13,001 nt of DNA, taken from the NCBI GenBank assembly GCA_045046875.1, contig JASFYY010000147.1, positions 1 to 13,001 on the forward strand. Direction: 5' to 3'. The translations under genes and the position numbers were made by a program. Below, in pieces: positions 9,390 through 13,001 of the stretch. Origin of the DNA: Verrucomicrobiota bacterium. Lineage in GTDB: Bacteria; Verrucomicrobiota; Verrucomicrobiia; Verrucomicrobiales; DEV007. The notes under the pieces are model-generated. The model made no database searches. It worked only from the letters and a program-made list of their open reading frames with translations, and was not told the origin of the DNA. Position 1 is the stretch's first letter. Every line of letters begins with the position of its first letter.

Positions 9390-9398
9390 ACACAAAAA

Positions 9399-9854
9399 TT
9401 ACTGATCTGGACAGGGCAAATGTTCGATGTCATTTTGGTCTTTCGGCCGATTACTTGCTTTTTTGGCACGAATCAGGTCGTTTGAATTTAAGAAATTGAT
9501 TTCAAGTCCATCTACGCTTTCGATTACGCGTTGCGAATAAGCCGGTTCAAATTCCAGTCCTTTCATTTTCATCATCATATCGATGCGAATAGGTTCGTTT
9601 CCCATTTTCAGCACATCAAACTTAGTATCGAGGAAATCTTCTTTTTTAATACCTACTGATCCAGCACCAAACCGGTCAAGCACTACCATCATCCGCGAAG
9701 CGTTTGTCTCCGTGGGATGGATCCATCTATCGATGTCTCCAGTATATCTTGGGTAACCGTGAAAAGTAACTGCATATCCGCCTCCGACGAGATACTCAAT
9801 GCGCTCTTCGTTCAACAGCTGTAAAAACTCTTTGAAGTCGGGGTAAATTTCCAT
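9399..9854 (-). CDS. Minimal nucleotidyltransferase (Pol-beta superfamily, DUF6036/AbiEii-like), putative TA component
   Basis: YLVGGGYAVTFHGYPRYTGDID (GG...DxD), IRIDMM (third acidic residue) and C-terminal LIRAKKASNRPKDQNDIEHL. Alternative ATG at 9860. Confidence 0.85.
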   Translation of the reverse strand: MEIYPDFKEFLQLLNEERIEYLVGGGYAVTFHGYPRYTGDIDRWIHPTETNASRMMVVLDRFGAGSVGIKKEDFLDTKFDVLKMGNEPIRIDMMMKMKGLEFEPAYSQRVIESVDGLEINFLNSNDLIRAKKASNRPKDQNDIEHLPCPDQ

Positions 9855-10020
9855 CGTCATCCAGTTTGATCATGAGGCTGCGTAATTGCTCTAAAGCCCG
9901 TAGCCGCTCACAAGGGCTGTGGTGTTGCCAATATTCCCAACCAGACGCTTTGTCAGCCTCTTCTGCCGAACATCTTTCGATGGTAAAGCGATCAAGTCTG
10001 GCGGTTTTCTGTTTGCGCAT
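9796..10020 (-). CDS. Small 74-aa partner protein upstream of and overlapping the nucleotidyltransferase (putative antitoxin or accessory)
   Basis: ATG start. The pattern EYWQHHSPCERLRALEQLR...PRLQRVF is one I recognise from small ORFs that precede this nucleotidyltransferase type. Overlaps the downstream gene by about 60 nt. Confidence 0.7.
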   Translation of the reverse strand: MRKQKTARLDRFTIERCSAEEADKASGWEYWQHHSPCERLRALEQLRSLMIKLDDDGNLPRLQRVFTAVERRAH

Positions 10021-10148
10021 GGTTACAACTTACGAAGTTAAGAGAATAATTGTAAGAGTGCAAACGGCCGGGGCAGGTCCTAAGTTATTGAAGGTCCTAG
10101 TGCTCTTGTATCTGCTGGAAAAATGCAAAAATAGTCTATTTTGTTCGT

Positions 10149-10375
10149 ATGGAGTTACTCTAAAAGCAATAGAAGCGACGATTGGTGCTGATAGGACGTA
10201 TTGAAACAGTGCTGCCTTTGCCTATAGCGAAGAGGACCAAGGTTATTTTTTGACGGTGCTTGTTGAGGATGATGTTGATGTTGATTTGGCTGCTGCAGCT
10301 GAGTCGTCGTGGAGCAAGGATTGGAGCCGTAAGGAAGAAGATGAAGCCTGGGCGTTTTTACAAGAGGAAGCGTAG
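10149..10375 (+). pseudogene. Frameshifted antitoxin-like gene (DUF2281-like C-terminus, MazF/PemK-associated type)
   Basis: Manual translation gives VTLKAIEATIGAD (10154-10192) / shift / GRIETVLPLPIAKRTKVI (10194-10247) / shift in a T6 run / LTVLVEDDVDVDLAAAAESSWSKDWSRKEEDEAWAFLQEEA* (10250-10375). The ATG at 10149 is out of frame with the first block. Confidence 0.65.
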
Positions 10376-10527
10376 TTCTCGTCGAGTTCCCATTCAGTCA
10401 TGGCATGTGGTCGGCGGACGCGATCATAGCGGCTACTGCGAGTGAGCATCAACTTTCTTTGGTTACAGCTGATGCCAAACATTATCGATTTTTACCCGAT
10501 ATCGAAATTGTGGTCTTGAAGCCTTGA
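10348..10527 (+). pseudogene. Chimeric toxin relic: MazF/PemK-like N-terminus fused to a PIN (VapC)-like C-terminus
   Basis: The frame starting at CTG 10348 reads LGVFTRGSVVLVEFPFS-HGMWSADAIIAATASEHQLSLVTADAKHYRFLPDIEIVVLKP*. It is absent from the ORF track. Confidence 0.7.
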
Positions 10528-10559
10528 TGAGCGGCGCTATTGGAACAAATTTCCGCTTC

Positions 10560-10635
10560 CAGCCCATATAAAACGGACTTTGTGAAATTTTTCACAAATT
10601 CACCTTGCCGATGTTTTTGATCGCGTCGATAATCC
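10560..10635 (+). promoter_or_regulatory. Duplicated nuo promoter module upstream of nuoH: operator 10580-10597, -35 TTGCCG 10605-10610, -10 GATAAT 10628-10633
   Basis: 71/76 identical to 4101-4176 by manual alignment. All 5 differences lie outside the operator and the two hexamers. Confidence 0.8.
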
Positions 10636-10781
10636 TGCAAATTTGAAACGTGGGAGTTTTCTCGTGATTTTTAAATTTCCGCTATTTGCTCTGTTATCAG
10701 GCATCCGCTAGTAGAAAAAGAGGATGCTTTAGGCGGGCAGATTCGGTTGCAATTGTTTATTTTGTTTACTGAAAACCGTTC

Positions 10782-11906
10782 ATGGATTGGATTAATTTAG
10801 CAGTGACCTTGATCAAGATCGTCGTTCTGACGTTCATGGTGCTGTTGCCGATGATTGCCTACTCGGTGTGGGCGGAGCGGCGAGTGGCGGCCAAGATCCA
10901 GAACCGGGTCGGGCCGAACCGCACGGGACTGGGATTCCTTTCATATTGGATTCCTTTTACTAAATTCGGTTTGTTTGGGTTGGGGCAGCCGATTGCGGAT
11001 GGTTTGAAGTTTATTTTCAAGGAGGATTTCACTCCGGGGCATGTGCGCACGGGTTTTTTCTGGTTGGCTCCCGCTTTGACGATGGTGCCAGCCTTGATGA
11101 CTTGTGCGGTGATCCCTTTTGGCAGTGAGTTGAATATCGCGGGTTATAAGATCCCGCTGGTGATCGCGGATCTGAATGTCGGACCGTTGTTTATTTTTGC
11201 CATCGCCTCACTCAGTGTTTACGGCATCGTGCTGGCGGGCTGGGCGTCGAACTCAAAATACTCTTTCCTCGGCGGGGTGCGTTCGACCAGTCAGATGATT
11301 TCCTATGAGATCTCGCTGGGACTGTCGATTGTGCCGATTCTGATGATTTTCGGTGAGCTGAATTTGACAGAGATCGTGAAGTGGCAGGATGTCAATGGTT
11401 GGCTGTTGCTTCCGCTGTGGGGTGAAGGTTTGAGTTTGCAGGGGTGGGTTTTGCTGATCCCGGTTTTGATCTCTTTCATTATTTTCACTGTTTCGATGTT
11501 TGCGGAGACCAACCGTTTGCCTTTTGACTTGCCGGAGTGCGAAACGGAGCTGGTGGCGGGTTACCACACCGAATACAGTTCGATGAAGTTCGCTTTGTTC
11601 TTTTTGGGAGAATACGCGGCGATGATCATTGGTTCGGGGCTGGCGGTGACGTTGTTTTTGGGAGGCTGGTCGTTGCCGTTCGGCATTGGCAGTGATTTGG
11701 TCGACAAACCTTTGTGGTTGGGCATTGCTCACTTTTTCTGTTTCCTGATCAAGATGATCTGTTTCATCCTGCTGTTCATCTGGGTGCGTTGGTCCTTGCC
11801 GCGTTTCCGTTATGATCAGTTGATGCGTCTGGGCTGGGTGTTCTTTTTTGAAATCGCCTTGGCGAATGTATTTTTAACCGCTTTGATTTTGCTCTATTTT
11901 AAATAA
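10782..11906 (+). CDS. nuoH: NADH-quinone oxidoreductase subunit H
   Basis: AERRVAAKIQNRVGPN, QPIADGLKFIFKED, GWASNSKYS, QMISYE, AETNRLPFDLPECETELVAGYHTEYS, LPRFRYDQLM. Confidence 0.98.
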   Translation: MDWINLAVTLIKIVVLTFMVLLPMIAYSVWAERRVAAKIQNRVGPNRTGLGFLSYWIPFTKFGLFGLGQPIADGLKFIFKEDFTPGHVRTGFFWLAPALTMVPALMTCAVIPFGSELNIAGYKIPLVIADLNVGPLFIFAIASLSVYGIVLAGWASNSKYSFLGGVRSTSQMISYEISLGLSIVPILMIFGELNLTEIVKWQDVNGWLLLPLWGEGLSLQGWVLLIPVLISFIIFTVSMFAETNRLPFDLPECETELVAGYHTEYSSMKFALFFLGEYAAMIIGSGLAVTLFLGGWSLPFGIGSDLVDKPLWLGIAHFFCFLIKMICFILLFIWVRWSLPRFRYDQLMRLGWVFFFEIALANVFLTALILLYFK

Positions 11907-11923
11907 GCACTGTTTTTTGAACC

Positions 11924-12454
11924 ATGGCCATTGTTGTAAAACGTCCAAAACTGACTTTCGGTGAGAAGATCTATCTCTCATCGATCGTGAAGGGTATGCG
12001 GATCACTATGGGTCATTTCTGGCGGGCGCTGTTGGGCAAAGGCACGGTGACGATGCAGTATCCCGAGGAAAAGTGGGATGAGAACCTGCCGGAATACTAC
12101 CGTGGTGCGCCGGCGCTGGTGACGGATGAGCAGGATCGTGAGCGCTGTGTGGCTTGTCAGTTGTGTGAATTTATTTGCCCGCCACGGGCGATCACGATTT
12201 TACCTGAGGAGATTCCCTCGGATGACCAATGGGCAAAGGTAGAAAAACGTCCGCGCAAATTTGAGATCGACATGGCGCGTTGCATTTACTGCGGTTTTTG
12301 TCAGGAAGTTTGTCCAGAGCAGGCGATTTTCCTGCGTAAGGATTATGCGATCACCGGCACCTCACGCGAGGAGATGGTGCACGACAAGAGTAAGTTGTAC
12401 GAAATCGGCGGGGTCCGCGAGGGACTGGTTAATAAATGGAACAAGCTGAAGTGA
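11924..12454 (+). CDS. nuoI: NADH-quinone oxidoreductase subunit I (2x 4Fe-4S)
   Basis: TMQYPEEK, CVACQLCEFICP and CIYCGFCQEVCP. Confidence 0.97.
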   Translation: MAIVVKRPKLTFGEKIYLSSIVKGMRITMGHFWRALLGKGTVTMQYPEEKWDENLPEYYRGAPALVTDEQDRERCVACQLCEFICPPRAITILPEEIPSDDQWAKVEKRPRKFEIDMARCIYCGFCQEVCPEQAIFLRKDYAITGTSREEMVHDKSKLYEIGGVREGLVNKWNKLK

Positions 12455-12957
12455 TGTTGGACTTATTGTTTTACATATTTTCGGCCCTAACGGTCATTGG
12501 AGCTCTCGGGGTGATTGTGAATAAAAATCCGGTGACGTCGGCTTTTTGCCTGATCGCAGCTTTCATCGGGTTGGCGGCTTTGTTTATTCAACTGGACGCT
12601 TACCTGGTGGGAATCATTCAGATTCTGGTTTATGGCGGTGCGGTGATGGTGTTGTTTTTGTTCATCATCATGCTGATGGATCTACCGAGTGAGGAACGGC
12701 GTAAGTTTGGCTGGAGCGCGGTGGCGGGTGGTATTTTGGTGGGTTGTGTGTTTGTGGTGCAGTTGGTGCGGGTGCTGGGGGATTACTCGGCGGGCTCGCG
12801 GGTGATGCAGGATTTGCCAGTGGGTGTGGAGTCGGATGTGGAGCAGATTGGTAAGTTGATGTTCACCCAGTATTATTTTCCGGTTCAAGTGGTGGGTGTT
12901 TTGCTGCTGATCTCGACGATCGGGGTGATTGTGTTGAGCAAAAGAGAGTTGGATTGA
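12454..12957 (+). CDS. nuoJ: NADH-quinone oxidoreductase subunit J
   Basis: Hydrophobic, with KNPVTSA and QILVYGGAVMVLFLFIIMLMD. The ATG at 12454 overlaps the nuoI stop (TGATG). Confidence 0.95.
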   Translation: MLDLLFYIFSALTVIGALGVIVNKNPVTSAFCLIAAFIGLAALFIQLDAYLVGIIQILVYGGAVMVLFLFIIMLMDLPSEERRKFGWSAVAGGILVGCVFVVQLVRVLGDYSAGSRVMQDLPVGVESDVEQIGKLMFTQYYFPVQVVGVLLLISTIGVIVLSKRELD

Positions 12958-12981
12958 TTGGAGAGTGAAGAAAAAGATTTT

Positions 12982-13001
12982 AACCGCGGATGGCGCGGAT
13001 A
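12982..13001 (+). repeat. Start of an AACCGCGGAT-type 9-bp-period repeat after nuoJ (truncated by the window end)
   Basis: aaccgcggat-ggcgcggat-a. Same AACC-initiated periodic design as 2661-2690 and 5520-5549. Confidence 0.45.

Noticed and set aside
10081..10091. TAAGTTATTGA as an integrase arm-type or att-associated motif
   Set aside because: Single short occurrence with no partner site or integrase, so it cannot be told apart from chance.
9866..10482. ORFs 9866-10204(+), 10260-10445(+) and 10243-10482(-) as genuine genes
   Set aside because: The first is mostly antisense to the 74-aa gene and only its tail belongs to the antitoxin relic. The others are alternative frames of the TA relics.
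10701..10730. gcatcc...ggatgc hairpin in the nuoH leader, and its 10-bp inverted match to 4090-4099, as a riboswitch
   Set aside because: Only a 6-bp stem with a long loop and no recognisable aptamer. A 10-bp match can arise by chance in 13 kb.

Overview
Bacterial DNA, probably Verrucomicrobiota (inferred from the style of the Nuo proteins, not checked by search). The core is a fragmented complex I cluster: nuoD-E-F-G, then a ~1.3 kb toxin-antitoxin-type islet, then nuoH-I-J. nuoA-C do not precede nuoD. Upstream are a secreted Sel1-like repeat protein, a divergent HemF-like oxidase and a CPBP/Abi membrane protease. Structure not explained by the ORF track: (1) a 333-bp non-coding MITE-like element (2691-3023) with imperfect terminal inverted repeats, a perfect 9-bp target duplication and an internal REP-like palindrome doublet, plus a second copy truncated by the window start (1-191); (2) a 76-bp promoter module with a perfect TTGTGAA-N4-TTCACAA (Rex/CRP-type) operator, duplicated in front of nuoD and nuoH; (3) an unannotated frameshifted antitoxin followed by a chimeric MazF-N/PIN-C toxin relic, divergent from a nucleotidyltransferase pair; (4) short ~9-10-bp-period AACC-initiated repeats at gene ends.
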